Part shown: one piece after another, positions 1 through 12,024 of the stretch
How positions within the stretch are numbered: position 1 is the stretch's first letter
Layout: each line of letters starts with the position of its first letter
Source of the DNA: Psammoneis japonica
Lineage: Eukaryota
Assembly (NCBI GenBank): GCA_008632985.1
Contig: QPGO01000062.1
Location: 310,001 to 374,000 of the forward strand
DNA: 64,000 nucleotides
Direction of reading: 5' to 3'
Program-made: the position numbers and the translations under genes
Notes under the pieces: model-generated
What the model was told of the DNA's origin: nothing
Database searches by the model: none
What the model saw: the letters and a program-made list of their open reading frames with translations, nothing else

Positions 1-46
1 ATCCTAAGACTGTTACACCAGTGAACATGCAGTAGCCAAAACTCAC

Positions 47-412
47 CGGTGTAAGATCTTTGCTTTCTGTAGCAGCATTTTCTTCTTGTTCTTCGGTGCT
101 GCCCCCAAGAACCCATTGTCGCAGCTGACCACGCAAGTTCGCGGTATTTCCAGTCGCATGCAATCCACGAGATTTACAAGCCTGCTGCAATTCTCTAAAA
201 GGAAGCTTGTCAATGGTCTCCATGTCCAAAACCGAACTAGCAGTCGAGGTTTCTTCGCTCGTTGGGGCGGCCAGCACGGCTAATTTCGACGATACATCAG
301 ATATTCTGTTGTTCACAGAAAATGAGCTCTTGGACGATTGAGGAACAAAAGCCGATCCGCCTTTGATTTCTAGAACAACTGCCAAGACTAGCGCCGCCGT
401 TGAGAGCCTCAT
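47..412 (-). CDS. First exon of a plastid-targeted protein with a SAP-like domain; gene continues off the window
   Basis: Manual translation from ATG at 412 gives MRLSTAALVLAVVLEIKGGSAFVPQ (signal peptide plus ASAFAP-like GSA-FVP), then LPFRELQQACKSRGLHATGNTANLRGQL (SAP-like). GTGAGT donor at 46-41. Not in the ORF track. Confidence 0.75.
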
Positions 413-705
413 GGTTCGACAATACTCTAGCTAATGGGTCCCTTTCCCAGCACTAGTATTCACAAACCAGTGTGGAGAAGAATTCAATCATCAAAGGCTC
501 TCTGATCGGAGTTGATGAGTTGCAAAACGAACGTGTCCTTTGTGAGGTGTCGTCATTCGTCAGTGGCGGGCCGTAGAAAGGCTACGTGAATTTGTCGTAC
601 TGAATCATTCCTTTGATTTGCGTGGCGGTTACCGAAAAGTACTGAACACGTCGTAAGCCTCACGTACAGGATCAAATGGTATCGTTTTCACGTGCCAAAG
701 ATACG

Positions 706-715
706 ATGACGTCAT
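706..715. promoter_or_regulatory. Palindromic ATGACGTCAT, a candidate CRE/bZIP (aureochrome-type TGACGT) site in a divergent intergenic region
   Basis: Seen directly. TGACGTCA also lies upstream of genes at 34779 and 43055, and TGACGT at 10164 and 54436. Function is inferred only. Confidence 0.3.
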
Positions 716-806
716 GAGATTTGGATCCTGAGCTGAGGATTATTCCTGGATCCTGTTTTCTGTTTTCTGATGTTTGATTTGTCTGTTGAAAGCGGCTCTG
801 TTGAAG

Positions 807-2003
807 ATGGCGACTGCGGCGGTGAAATTTTTTCTTTTCGAATTGTTGTGGTTTATTACGAGAGGGTGTGCAAACTCTATAAATGATAGGGATGCTGCTC
901 CCCCGTGCTCCTTGAACGGCTTTGTCGATGGCAATGGCTCATGCAAATGTGACGCCCCCTGGACTGGCCCCCTTTGCGAGCGTCTAGAGTTTTTACCAGT
1001 CACCTTTCCACAAGGATATGGACAGTCACCAAACTTGACAACTTGGGGAGGCAATGCAATCTACTCGGAGAAAAAGTATCACTTGTTTGTGTCGGCCATG
1101 ACGAACGGATGTGGACTGGACCATTTTGGGAGGAATAGTCGGATCGATCATGCACTGGCTGACAAAATTACAGGGCCGTATGTGTTTCGAGACGTTGCAG
1201 TTCCAACATGGTCGCACAATTCCGCGCCTTTGAAACTGCGTGACGGAAGTTTTGCGATTTTTCATATCGGAGGAGGGAATGGTCCAGAAAATGGTGGTGT
1301 AAACTGCACCGCTGCTCCAGCAACGCTCGGTCTGCAGCAGAATCGATACCAGTCACCTACAAGGATTCTTGCACTTGAAAGGCAGGAATTGTCCGCAGCT
1401 GCATCATCCATTCATATTAGTAGATCCTTGAATGGACCATGGGTTCCACTTTTAGTCAATTCACTTGGAAAGTGTATCAACCCAGCTCCCTACATTCACC
1501 CGACGAATGCTTCTATCTTCATTGTATGCAATCATGTTGAATTGAAGCGATCAGATACTGGTATAGAGGGCCCGTGGTTAGATGTCACGACAATTGAGGT
1601 GCCTAAAGACGCAAGTTACGAAGATCCAAACTTGTGGATGGACTCCAAGTTACATTTTCATTTATTGTACCATGCCTACCGATACAATGAGAATCCGCCG
1701 CATGGACATGACTGCGTAAACTCCACCGTTTCGGCACATGGATACTCTTTAGATGGCATTTCGTGGCACTTTTCACCCGGTCAGCCATACACGACCCAAA
1801 TCGAAATGCAAAGCGGAGACACAATCACGGTCGCAACGCGAGAACGACCCTTTTTGTTTTTCAATGAGCAAGGCAAAATGACTCACTTGTTTACGGCGGT
1901 ATCTGGTGCGTCGTCTTGTCCTTATGGTCCGCCAAGTGGCTGCGTGAATTGCAAGTGGGCTTCATGGGATTATACTTTGGTTTCGCCGTTGAAGGTTGAG
2001 TAA
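807..2003 (+). CDS. Secreted EGF-like plus beta-propeller glycoside hydrolase-like protein (GH43/GH32 clan-like)
   Basis: Hydrophobic N-terminus, CSLNG...CKCDAPWTGPLC EGF-like motif, and WGG, INPAP, YEDP and RERP motifs typical of 5-bladed propeller glycosidases. First ATG at 807. Confidence 0.6.
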   Translation: MATAAVKFFLFELLWFITRGCANSINDRDAAPPCSLNGFVDGNGSCKCDAPWTGPLCERLEFLPVTFPQGYGQSPNLTTWGGNAIYSEKKYHLFVSAMTNGCGLDHFGRNSRIDHALADKITGPYVFRDVAVPTWSHNSAPLKLRDGSFAIFHIGGGNGPENGGVNCTAAPATLGLQQNRYQSPTRILALERQELSAAASSIHISRSLNGPWVPLLVNSLGKCINPAPYIHPTNASIFIVCNHVELKRSDTGIEGPWLDVTTIEVPKDASYEDPNLWMDSKLHFHLLYHAYRYNENPPHGHDCVNSTVSAHGYSLDGISWHFSPGQPYTTQIEMQSGDTITVATRERPFLFFNEQGKMTHLFTAVSGASSCPYGPPSGCVNCKWASWDYTLVSPLKVE

Positions 2004-2192
2004 GTTTATGTGGTGTCAGAACAAGGACAGGGACGGACTGAAAGTACTGTAACGTGAACGCAGTTTCTGATGCTCTTTGCTAAATAATTATAAACTAAGG
2101 ATCGAATCGGTCATCAGAGCGAACGACGGCTTCGATTACACATGCATTATACTTGTACTGTTGCTTCGGTTGTTTGGTTGGCCACGATCTGC

Positions 2193-5100
2193 TTACGTGA
2201 TGACAGTTGGAGTCTCGGTTCCGCAGAAAGTCTTGATATCACAAAGCTCCAGGGCAACCTTGACAAGATCCTCAAGAGCGTCGGAGACGAGCTGGTCGAG
2301 GTTGTTTGGTTCGTACTGCTCAATGTACATACGAACAGTGGCACCAGACCCAGCGGTTCCAGAAAGACGGAAGATGATACGAGATCCATCCGACATGAGG
2401 AAGCGGACGCCCTGCTTCTTGGCAACAGAACCGTCGACAGGATCGACGTAAGTAAAGTCATCAGCGGTAGCAATGGTGTACTTGCCCATGGTGCGGCCCG
2501 TGTTCGTGGCAGAGTCGCTCCTCATCTTGTCCATCATGGCGGTGGCGCCGGTCTTGTCCATGCCCTCAAAGTCCCATCGGCAGTAGTAGTTGCGGCCGTA
2601 CTTCTTCCAGTGGCTCGTGACAATGTCTTCCACAGTCACCAGAGGCTTGGAGGCGTCGGAGTTCACCGACGCGAGGATAGACAGCCACGCCAACACGGCC
2701 CAAATACCGTCCTTCTCACGGATGTGGTTCGATCCAGTTCCGAAACTCTCTTCGCCGCAAATGAAGGGAGTGTAGTCGGTTCCACCGTATAGATCCTTGG
2801 AGTCCATGAGGTTGCCAAAGTACTTCCATCCAGTGGGAGTTTCAAAGAGATCAAAGTTGAGATCCTCGGCAACACGATCAACGGCTCCGCTGGTGGGCAT
2901 GGAACGAGCGACGCCCTTCAAACCACCCTGAGTGCGAAAGAAGGGGATGGAGTCGGCATAGGCAGCAATCACCGCAAGGGAATCGGAAGGAGTGACAAAG
3001 AACTGAGATCCGAGAATCATGTTACGATCGCCATCTCCGTCAGCGGCAGCTCCAAAGGATGGAACCTTACGGTCACCAACATCAATCTTGAGACCCTTCC
3101 TGTCGAGTCCCATGATTTCAACAAGCTCCTTGGCGTAGGTAAGGTTGGGATCCGCGTGTCCGCCGTTGAAGTCATCCTTCGGGGTGGCATTGAGGAGAGT
3201 GTCTTCAGACTGACCAAGCTCGTCAATGAAAATAGCCTTGGAGAAGGGTCCATTCACACCGTACATGGAATCGTAAATCATGGTGAAATCTTCACGATCG
3301 AGCAACGCCTTGATTGCGGGGAAGTCGAAAATGGATTTGAGGAGATCCACATGAGCCTTGGTGGAATCAATAACCTCAATATTGACTTCAGAGGTACCGT
3401 CAGCGCTCACGACAGACGTGTTGCCAACGGTAGCAATGTCGACGGCGGGGAATTCGTTGGCGATTTTGTAGCTCTTGATCGTGGTGGTGTTGGCGTACAT
3501 TTCGTTTGTCAACTTTTCTGGGGCCGGTCCACCATTCTCGCAGTTGTACTTGATACCGAAATCTTCCTCCGGTCCACCAGGGTTGTGACTTGCCGTCAAG
3601 ATGAAAGCTCCAAAGGCTTTCTGCCAGACGGGGCCGCGTTCACGAATAATGGCAGACACCGCAGGCGTGGACAAGAGACCATCCTTGCCAATCCAGAAAC
3701 GCTTCACGCCATTGGCAACACCCATCTTGACGATTGTCTGGATAGCTTCGGGGTTAAAGTACCTTCCATCACCGCCGATAACAAGAGATCCTTGCGAGAC
3801 GTCGGTTCCAGATGCCTTGACTGCGTCGAAAGCGGCCTGCACAAAGTTGTTCAGGTAGTGTTCTCCCATGAAAACCTTGGTCTTCTTGCGAAGTCCCGAT
3901 GTTCCTGGTTTCTGTCCGTCAATGGGACTGCTCGCAACCGTCGTTGGCTTGAGCGGTCCGAGACCAATAGCATCGGTCAAATCCAAATCTCCCGTCACCT
4001 TTCCGGTAGGGACAGCCTTGGGTTCGTCACTGTTATTGACAATCGACACGTCTCCGACAAAGGACGTCTTCTTGCTCATACGAACCAAGCCCTTGATGGT
4101 GAGACGCGTGCAATTGACAAGCGAGGGGTTTCCACCAGCGGTGGCCTCCTCGAGAGGCCCAACGAGCTTGTACTTCTTGCTGTCAATTGACATGACGGGA
4201 GCAACTCCATTGCAACGGGGGTTGAGGACGAGACGGTAATCATCGGTGGTAACGTAGGCATCCGAACGAAGCAAGAGCAAATCGTTGCACTTTTTGACTG
4301 GTGCAAAACGAGTCCTGGGCACGACAATGGCACTAGCACCCGAGAAGCACTCGATTGCAGCTCCCATTGCGGTTTCGAGTTGGATAACCTTGGTGGAGGA
4401 GTCATCCTTGGGGTCGACCGTCTTTTTGTTCTTAATCATGGGAAGAGGGACAAAGCCACCAAACTTGTCAACAATCTCTTGAAGCTTGTCAAGGCGGATC
4501 CAGAGGTTGTTGGTGTTGAAGAAACGGTGCTTGGTAGTGTCCTGGAAATCCTTCTCGTCTTCATCGGCACACATGGCGGATTCACGAAGGATGAGCTGCT
4601 GGTCCTCGTTACGGACAGCCAAGTGACCTCCCTTCTTGTCGTTCTCGGTACGTTCGCAGCATTCCATCATGAATGGTGCGTCCGTCTTTGCAAAGTGGGT
4701 GAGAATCTTGAGATCAAGCGTAGCTCCCAGGTTGTCCGAGTTGGAAACAAACATGTACTTGTAACCTTCCTTGAGAAGAGCCGCGAGACGGCCCGATCCA
4801 ACCAAGGCAGCGTACAAATCACCGTGTCCCGGTGGGCACCACTCATTGTCCGGATTCGACTCGCACGTGGCAGGCTCAAAGGTCTCTGCGTCAATTTTGG
4901 GAACCTTGTTTTGCATCATTTCAAGACCCTCTTCTCCGGCGAGAGCTGGGTAGTTCTCATTGAAAAAGGCAAGAGTATCATCACTGGTGGAGAAGGAATT
5001 CATCAACATAAACTTGACCTTGAATCCATATTCTTCACGCATCTTGATGACTTGTTTGGCTGTCAAATCCAAAAAGGTGTCATCGCCCTTGACTTTAAGA

Positions 5101-5519
5101 AGACTCTTGGCCTTGTCCAGACCCATACCGGTACCAAGACCCCCGTTGAGTTTCAACACGACAGTCTCAGCTAGCAGACCCGCGTCGGGTTCCAAGCTAA
5201 TCGAATCGGCGTTGACAAGGTCCGGAACGGGAGTAATGGTGGATTCCGGGATAATACCGGTGTTTCCCGAAACGAGTGAATTGAAGGAAGCTTCAAAGGC
5301 TGAGATAGCCGAGGGAGCAATGCCCTCGGCCTCCATTTTTGTCTGAAAGCATAACACGAATCAATACAAAAAGAACATTAGCAAAAGGCACAGTCATAGG
5401 CTTTTACGCAACCTTTCCGAAAAACCATGTTACTACTGAAGAACAAAAATGTGAACATCGCAATACGTAGTCACGTTCGATTAAAATAAACTCACCCTGC
5501 ATGGTTCAAAAGACGCCAT
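2193..5519 (-). CDS. UGP/PGM: UDP-glucose pyrophosphorylase / phosphoglucomutase fusion
   Basis: UGPase motifs KLNGGLGTGMG and WCPPGHGD. PGM motifs GQKPGTSGLRK, TASHNP, DGDGDR and GEESFG. Exon 1 (MASFEPCR) at 5519-5496, GT-AG intron 5495-5343, frame continues TKMEAEG. Confidence 0.96.
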
Positions 5520-6025
5520 TGTTCAGTGCAAGTAGCAACTACGCTGCCTCTAAATAATGCGTTGTAGTGGATGGTGAAGTGCGGTTGCGAATCTTTCAAA
5601 GCTTCGCAAGTGGTGCGTGTGAAGGTGAACACGTACTTGACCCGTGACGACGTTTCGAAACTGCGAAAAGGGTTCCGACGCCGCGACGCGACGATGTCAT
5701 TGATACCTCACAGCTGGTTATTTCTGTTTGATGCATCTTGTCCCCTAATTACCATAATTTATACAAACATTTGCCCATGAAGTATATAATTAGCATCAAT
5801 TGGCCACGCACGCCACGTACTCATCCCACGTGTACCAGAAACGCGTAGAATCCTACGCATATGTCAGCAACTATTAAAAAAATCTTCATGCACGTTTGAA
5901 ATATTCAAAATGAAACATTTCCGGGTTCCTCGGAAGTTTTCACGGCTTTTTCTGATGAGAGATCTTTCACGATGACACATCATCTTTCATCTTGATCTAG
6001 CTAGCCGTACCGTGCTTACAGTATC

Positions 6026-7156
6026 ATGAAGCGCACTTTCAAGTTTACAAGAAGAAATAACAACGATCCTCACAGTAACTGTTTCCGTTGGAAACTTACG
6101 AGGAAATTGTTGATTGTTATCCTTGGATCGACAGCGGTTGTCTTTGTCCTCGTGTGGACGTCTCCAAAGCAAACCTATAGATCAGACATCCATCCGAGAA
6201 CAATGCCCAATGCAATTTATGAAAGTAATTCTATGCAATGGCCAATCGAAAAGGATATCTTCAACTGTACTTTATCCAGAAAGTGCCGTTTCTTTGACCC
6301 GCACAATTTCTTTCAAACTCGAGATTACCAGCAATTCCTAGTGAATCGCGAGATTAATCGAAACCTTCCGTCCTTGTCAAGCTTTGCATGGTCAGGGCAA
6401 GACGATAATAAGAACAATGCCTTTGAACGATTTCCTTCAAGCTTTACCTTTGTTCATGTACATAAATGCGGTGGCACGACTGTTAAGGAGCTGTTTCAGG
6501 ACTTAAAATCAGCCATGACACGTACTGGAAGACAGGTTAAAGTTACGCACTATCGGCATTCGATTGGTGGCGGGAGTGAAAGACAAAAGCAACGCAATTC
6601 GCAGTTGAGACAAGAACATATCGACAGCATTATACAACAGCAAAGTGCACCGACTGCTGTTCCAGTTTTTGCTGTGGTTCGTGATCCGATTGAACGCTTC
6701 GTGTCGGGTGTTCAACAAGTCATGCACTACAATACCAATTTTCGACGATCGTGTTTAAAGAGTGGAGTCAACGCGAGAAGAGAAACCTTAATGTGTGCTA
6801 TTCAAGAGGTCAAGGACAATTTCTTTTTGAATGACATTCACTTGCTTCCCATGGCGGCGCATTTCCAATTGCTAAATCACGTTCAGATATCCATCTTTTA
6901 CATGCCATCAAAGCGACAAAACGACAGCGACGATTTGTCTTCACAGTCCTTTGTGTCGTTGCTGAGATACTTTGACTCCACGAAACTTAAGCATACCCAT
7001 GATCGAACGCAAGTGCAGTACGCAACGTCGAAAGTGCTTGCGGAAATGACTGTCGAAAAGGACTGCGACGACGACATGATTCGTGCGCTCTGTGAATTGT
7101 ATCACGTGGACGTCTTATTCCTCAAAGCACTCGGCTATCCAACGCCATACTGCTAA
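6026..7156 (+). CDS. Type II membrane sulfotransferase (Sulfotransfer_2-like)
   Basis: N-terminal TM anchor, 5'-PSB-like FVHVHKCGGT and 3'-PB-like VRDPIERFVSG. Confidence 0.75.
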   Translation: MKRTFKFTRRNNNDPHSNCFRWKLTRKLLIVILGSTAVVFVLVWTSPKQTYRSDIHPRTMPNAIYESNSMQWPIEKDIFNCTLSRKCRFFDPHNFFQTRDYQQFLVNREINRNLPSLSSFAWSGQDDNKNNAFERFPSSFTFVHVHKCGGTTVKELFQDLKSAMTRTGRQVKVTHYRHSIGGGSERQKQRNSQLRQEHIDSIIQQQSAPTAVPVFAVVRDPIERFVSGVQQVMHYNTNFRRSCLKSGVNARRETLMCAIQEVKDNFFLNDIHLLPMAAHFQLLNHVQISIFYMPSKRQNDSDDLSSQSFVSLLRYFDSTKLKHTHDRTQVQYATSKVLAEMTVEKDCDDDMIRALCELYHVDVLFLKALGYPTPYC

Positions 7157-7188
7157 GCATGTAAAATGTGTATCTAGAGTAATTTTAA

Positions 7189-9968
7189 TTACGACTTTTG
7201 CATTCGTTTTGCGTTCTTGACTCCCTTGTCTTTGCGTGACACCATGTTGGCATTCTTGGCTCCTCCAAAGTTCTTTTTCTTCTTCGGACCTTCCATGGCT
7301 TCGAGGTCGATAATGGGTGCCGATCCGATGCGTTCCACACCAGCCACGGCTCGTCCATATACCTTGTCCCGTAATTGTTTGGATTTTTCCATGTAAAACT
7401 TGTAATCACCGCCATACTTGACGAGTTTCTTGTCCTCAATGGCAACAATGGTTGTGGCTGCCTTGGAAATAAAGTATCGGTCGTGCGAAATAACCATGAC
7501 AGAGCCCGCAAAGTGCTGCAAGGCCTCCTCCAACATTTCCTTGGCTGGGATATCCAAGTGGTTTGTAGGTTCGTCGAGAATCAATAGGTTGGCAGGCCGC
7601 AGCATCATGCACGCCAAGGATAAACGAGCCTTTTCACCTCCACTGAGAAACCGGACCTTCTTCTCGACGGCATCTCCCTTGAAAAGGAACTGACCCAACA
7701 GGGCTCGCAGTTCATTGTAAGACTGATCACTACTTGCCGCCTGAATCGTTTCAATGACGGTCTTGTCTAGATCCAATGCGTCTGCCTGGTTCTGTTCAAA
7801 GTAATTGGCTACAACATTGGCGCCCACAATTTCGGCACTTCCCTCGTCGGGTTCTTCCTTACCCATGAGTATCCGTAACAGTGTACTTTTTCCCGATCCA
7901 TTGGGTCCCAACACGGCAATGCGATCGCCCTTTTCCACAAACAGATCGACGTGGTCAAACAGGCGATTCAGAGTTTCATCGTTACCATAGGAATGGCTCA
8001 AGTCCTTAATTTCCGCAACTTCGGGACTCAGCCGAGGAGCGTCGGGGAAGCGAAAGCGAAATGGTTTACCAAAGAATGGTGGCTTTTGGACATAGTCGTC
8101 GCTCGCCATGAGTTTGTCCAGTTTTGCGATACGTTGCTTGACAGCCTGAGGTTGCTTCACTTTGAACTTATTGATCCATTTACGCTCCTCCTTGATTTTC
8201 TTTTCTTGCGCATTGTACGCCGCGTGCCATGCATCCATGCGAGCTGGAAACAAAAACGAACGAGTTGACAAGCATGAGTTTCCATACTGCAGACAAACCA
8301 CCAATGAGCCTTCTACAATTGTGTACCCATACTTACCCTTTTTCAATTGAAGAAACTTTGAATAGTTGCCGTCGTATTCATTACAAATGCCACCTTCTGC
8401 GTCAACAATCTTGGTACAGACCTGGTCCAAAAATTCACGATCGTGACTCACAATCACCATAGGAATACTTTGTTGACGTAGAAACTCTTCCAACCACTCC
8501 ACCGATTCAAGATCAAGGTGATTGGTTGGCTCGTCGAGCAAAAGAATGTTGGGATCCAACAAGAGCGTTTTACCAAGACCAATTCGCATCTTCCAACCAC
8601 CCGAAAAGCTTGCAACCAAATCGCTCGCCTCGTCTTCTGTAAATCCCATGAGATCCATTGCCTTTTGTGCACGGCTCTCTAGGGCATATACTCCTCGGGC
8701 GTCCGCCTTGCTTTGGAGCTTGGTCATTTTATCCAGAATCGATTGCATCTCGTCCGGGTCTCCGCCGTCACCCAAGGCTTCCAGTTGCTTTTCCGCCGCA
8801 CGAATATCCTCCAAAATCTGGTTCTCTTCTTCAAAGACACTCAGAAATTCTTCTCGCAACGTTCTCGTCGGAACGAGTTCGTCCACAAACTCTTGTCTCA
8901 AAATGGCAACACGCAAATCCTTGCTACTCTTGACCACGTCACCCGTGGTGGGTTCCATTTCACCCGACATGATGCGCAACTGCGTCGTTTTACCCGCACC
9001 ATTGGCACCGACCAATCCTATACGGTCGCCCGTTTGGACACCCCACGTAACGTCCTTGAGTACCTCTTGATCGCGAAAGGTAATGCCGACATTTTCCAAT
9101 CGTAGCGCCACATAACCGGGTTGAGCACTCTCCATGATTCGAATCTTGGGTGGAGGACGTTCTTTTCGAATCTTGTCTTCTAGCGTCAATTTCCTTTTCT
9201 TTTCCGGTACTTCTTCGCCATTGACAGCCATTACTTCTTGAGCAGCCTCTCGCTTGGCAGCCTTTTTCGCCTCCTTTTCGGCTAGTTTTTCGGCTCGACG
9301 AGCAGCAATCTTTTGCTCCTTTTTGCTAAGCTTTGGTTGTTCGTCGTCTTGTTCCTTCTCTGCCTTTTCAGCAACCATCGCTTCGAGTTCCAACATTTTC
9401 TGAAGTGCCAATTCCTTCTTGCTAAGCTTCTTCGTTTCCTCTACTACAGGTGGTGCTTCTTCTTGTGCCGGTGCACTCGCCTCTGGCTGCTTTTTTTGTT
9501 TTCCCGTTTTCAAGGCTCGAAGTTCCTTTTTTGACATGGGACGATCCTCCTCTTCCTCGTCTAGATCCAGAGCGTCCAACGCGGCTAATGCCGCAGCCTT
9601 TGCATTCTTGGCAGTCGTCGGCTGTTGTTGTTGCTGCTGCTGTTGCTGTTTCTTGGCTTCTTTTGCCTGTTTCTTTTGCTGTTGCTTCAATTCCTTTTTC
9701 GACATGGGTGCGTCGAGATCGTCTAGATCCAATTCATCAAGAGCCGCTAGTGCAGCTGCCTTGGCATCCTTCTTTTTCTTTTTCGCATACAGTACAATCA
9801 AAGGTTCGTCGTCGTTGTCAACAGGCCGATCAATAATACTTGTTCTGTGGTACAAACTATTGAAGACGACGAAACTCCAAATGCCGGTGCCCGCGATGCT
9901 GGCGTAAATGCATCACTCTTCAGTAGCAAGTTTGCCACCAACACACCGGTTGGTAACCAAAATCTCAT
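7189..9968 (-). CDS. ABC-F family ATPase, probably plastid-targeted
   Basis: Two NBDs (GANGAGKT/FSGGWKMR/LLLDEPTNHLD and GPNGSGKS/LSGGEKAR/LILDEPTNHLD) with no TM domains. In-frame 93-nt intron at 8336-8244. The 5' region reconstructs as MRFLVT.GVLVANLLLKSDA-FTP across two apparent frameshifts. Confidence 0.9.
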
Positions 9969-10328
9969 GGTTCAATTCTTCTTCTCTTTGATGAGATGAA
10001 CAACAGCGCGTGTTCTCGGAAAGAAAAAATGCAGCATTGTGAGAGGGCGTTGCGAAGAAAACGCGTGGTTGTGGCGAAGGAGTGTGGCTGGTACATGTTC
10101 ATCGTAGACTGTACGACGTCAATTTTTGTACGGAATTCCCATGTGGAGCGCTACGTACAACAGTGACGTGTTTTCCGGGTTCCTAGTTTCCCGCCACGTT
10201 CCGAGTGGAGGGAGTCGAATTGCCGCCACCAAAAGCAAGACTGACGTTCTTTGCCGTCCACATCATTGAAACCAACGCCATTCACCGCATTCCACTCTCA
10301 AACATTATACGATCATCACAAAACCACA

Positions 10329-11002
10329 ATGAGATCTGTTGCATTTCTACTCTCTTGTCTTGTCGTTCCTTCGGCACTTGCATTTGTTCCGCAAAATGCA
10401 TTATTTGGAGTCAAATCGTCGTCACTCAACATGGTGGCGATTAGTACGGCCGACATAAAAACGGCCTCACGATTGAATTGGATGGCGAACCCTACAAGGT
10501 CTTGTCGTTTAGCATTATGAAACAAGCTCGTGGTGCCGCCAAGACGACCATTAAATTCAAGAATCTCATGAAGGGCAACACGATCGAAAACACCTATCGT
10601 AGTGGCGAAAAGTTTGAAACGGCAATGATTGAAAAAAAGCCAGCCATTTTCACGTACAGCGATGAAAATGATAACTTTTTTTTTATGGATTCGCAAACCT
10701 TTGATGAAGTTGCCGTGGGATCCAACGTTATGGAGGACAAGAAGGATTGGGTCGATGAAGGCATGGAGGTGAACCTCATCAATTTTAAGAATCAAGTCAT
10801 TGAAGTGGCATTGCCATCCAACGCGGTGTACACGATTGTCGAGACGGAACCCAACATGAAGGGAAACACCGCACAGGGATACAACAAACCGGCAACGCTC
10901 TCGTCGGGTGCAGTCATTAACGTTCCGGGATACCTGGAGCAAGGAGAAGCCATTTCCGTCGACATTGACAAGGGTGAATTTCTTGGGCGGGCATCGGAAT
11001 AA
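10329..11002 (+). CDS. efp: Plastid-targeted elongation factor P, copy 1; 1-nt frameshift near 10458
   Basis: MRSVAFLL...SALA-FVP presequence and EF-P motifs DGEPYKV, KFKNLMKG, FFMDSQTFD, KPATLSSG. One A is missing from an A-run compared with copy 2 (DIKNGLT). Confidence 0.9.
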
Positions 11003-11237
11003 AAATAATAGAAACTGTTGATACGTGGGTCTACTATTCGTCTTAATCTATTGATGTTTCGTCCCGTCTTGTGTGATCATTCAGCGACCGTAGATTGCAA
11101 GGAGAGGAGAAGTAAGGTACCGCGTAAATCTTCCCCATATCTCGCTTCAGTCCGTCCGTCTTTGCGTGTTGGTCCTCCGCACGCACGAGAAACGATGACG
11201 ACCATCATCACCGATCATTTTTTGTTCTTCCTCCACC

Positions 11238-11891
11238 ATGATGAAAGCCGCCGCACTACTCCTGCTCTGTGCATCTCAGGCGTTTGCCTTTGTGCCCTCT
11301 CCTCGTATTGTTGGCGTCAAGAAATCGACGTTGCTTTCCATGGTGGCCATTGACACTTCCGACATTAAGAATGGTCTTACCGTCGAACTGGATGGCGAAC
11401 CGTACAAGGTGATTTCGTTTAGCATCATGAAACAAGCTCGTGGTGCTGCCAAGACAACCATTAAATTCAAGAATCTCATGAAAGGCAACACGATTGAAAA
11501 CACCTATCGTAGTGGCGAAAAGTTTGAAACCGCAATGATTGAAAAGAACAGTGCTCAATTTACGTACAACGATGAGAATGGCAATTACTTTTTCATGGAT
11601 AGCCAAACCTTTGATGAAATCGTGGTGGGACCACAAATTGTAGAAGGCAAGGAGGACATGATTGATGAGGGAATGGAAGTCAGTCTTGTCAGTTTCAAAG
11701 GCAATGTAATCGAGGTTGTGCTACCCTCCAATGCGATTTACACGGTTGTCGAGACTGAACCGAATATGGAAGGCAAAAACAAACCAGCAGTCCTCTCGTC
11801 GGGTGCAACGATTACGGTTCCAGGGTATCTAGAACAGGGCGAAGCAATCTCGGTTGATACAGAAAAGCGAGAGTTCTTGTCAAGGGCATGA
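11238..11891 (+). CDS. efp: Plastid-targeted elongation factor P, copy 2
   Basis: Intact ORF with QAFA-FVP presequence and the same EF-P motifs. Tandem paralogue of copy 1. Confidence 0.92.
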   Translation: MMKAAALLLLCASQAFAFVPSPRIVGVKKSTLLSMVAIDTSDIKNGLTVELDGEPYKVISFSIMKQARGAAKTTIKFKNLMKGNTIENTYRSGEKFETAMIEKNSAQFTYNDENGNYFFMDSQTFDEIVVGPQIVEGKEDMIDEGMEVSLVSFKGNVIEVVLPSNAIYTVVETEPNMEGKNKPAVLSSGATITVPGYLEQGEAISVDTEKREFLSRA

Positions 11892-12024
11892 GAAGCCGAA
11901 ATAGGTAGTATCAAGCTGACTGCTTTCTCAATCCATAAGCTTCGTAACCACACAAGTTAGGGTTACTGTACCGCAGGAATTCCTCACCCGCTGCAGCGTA
12001 CCGTAGGACTACGTACTGTAGTAA

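Noticed and set aside
2077..5346. Long plus-strand ORFs of 216-344 aa
   Set aside because: They are antisense shadows of the strongly codon-biased UGP/PGM gene and have no recognisable motifs.
8244..8336. Apparent 31-aa insertion in the ABC-F linker
   Set aside because: It is a stop-free 93-nt GTAAGT...CAG intron. Removing it restores LKKARMDAW.
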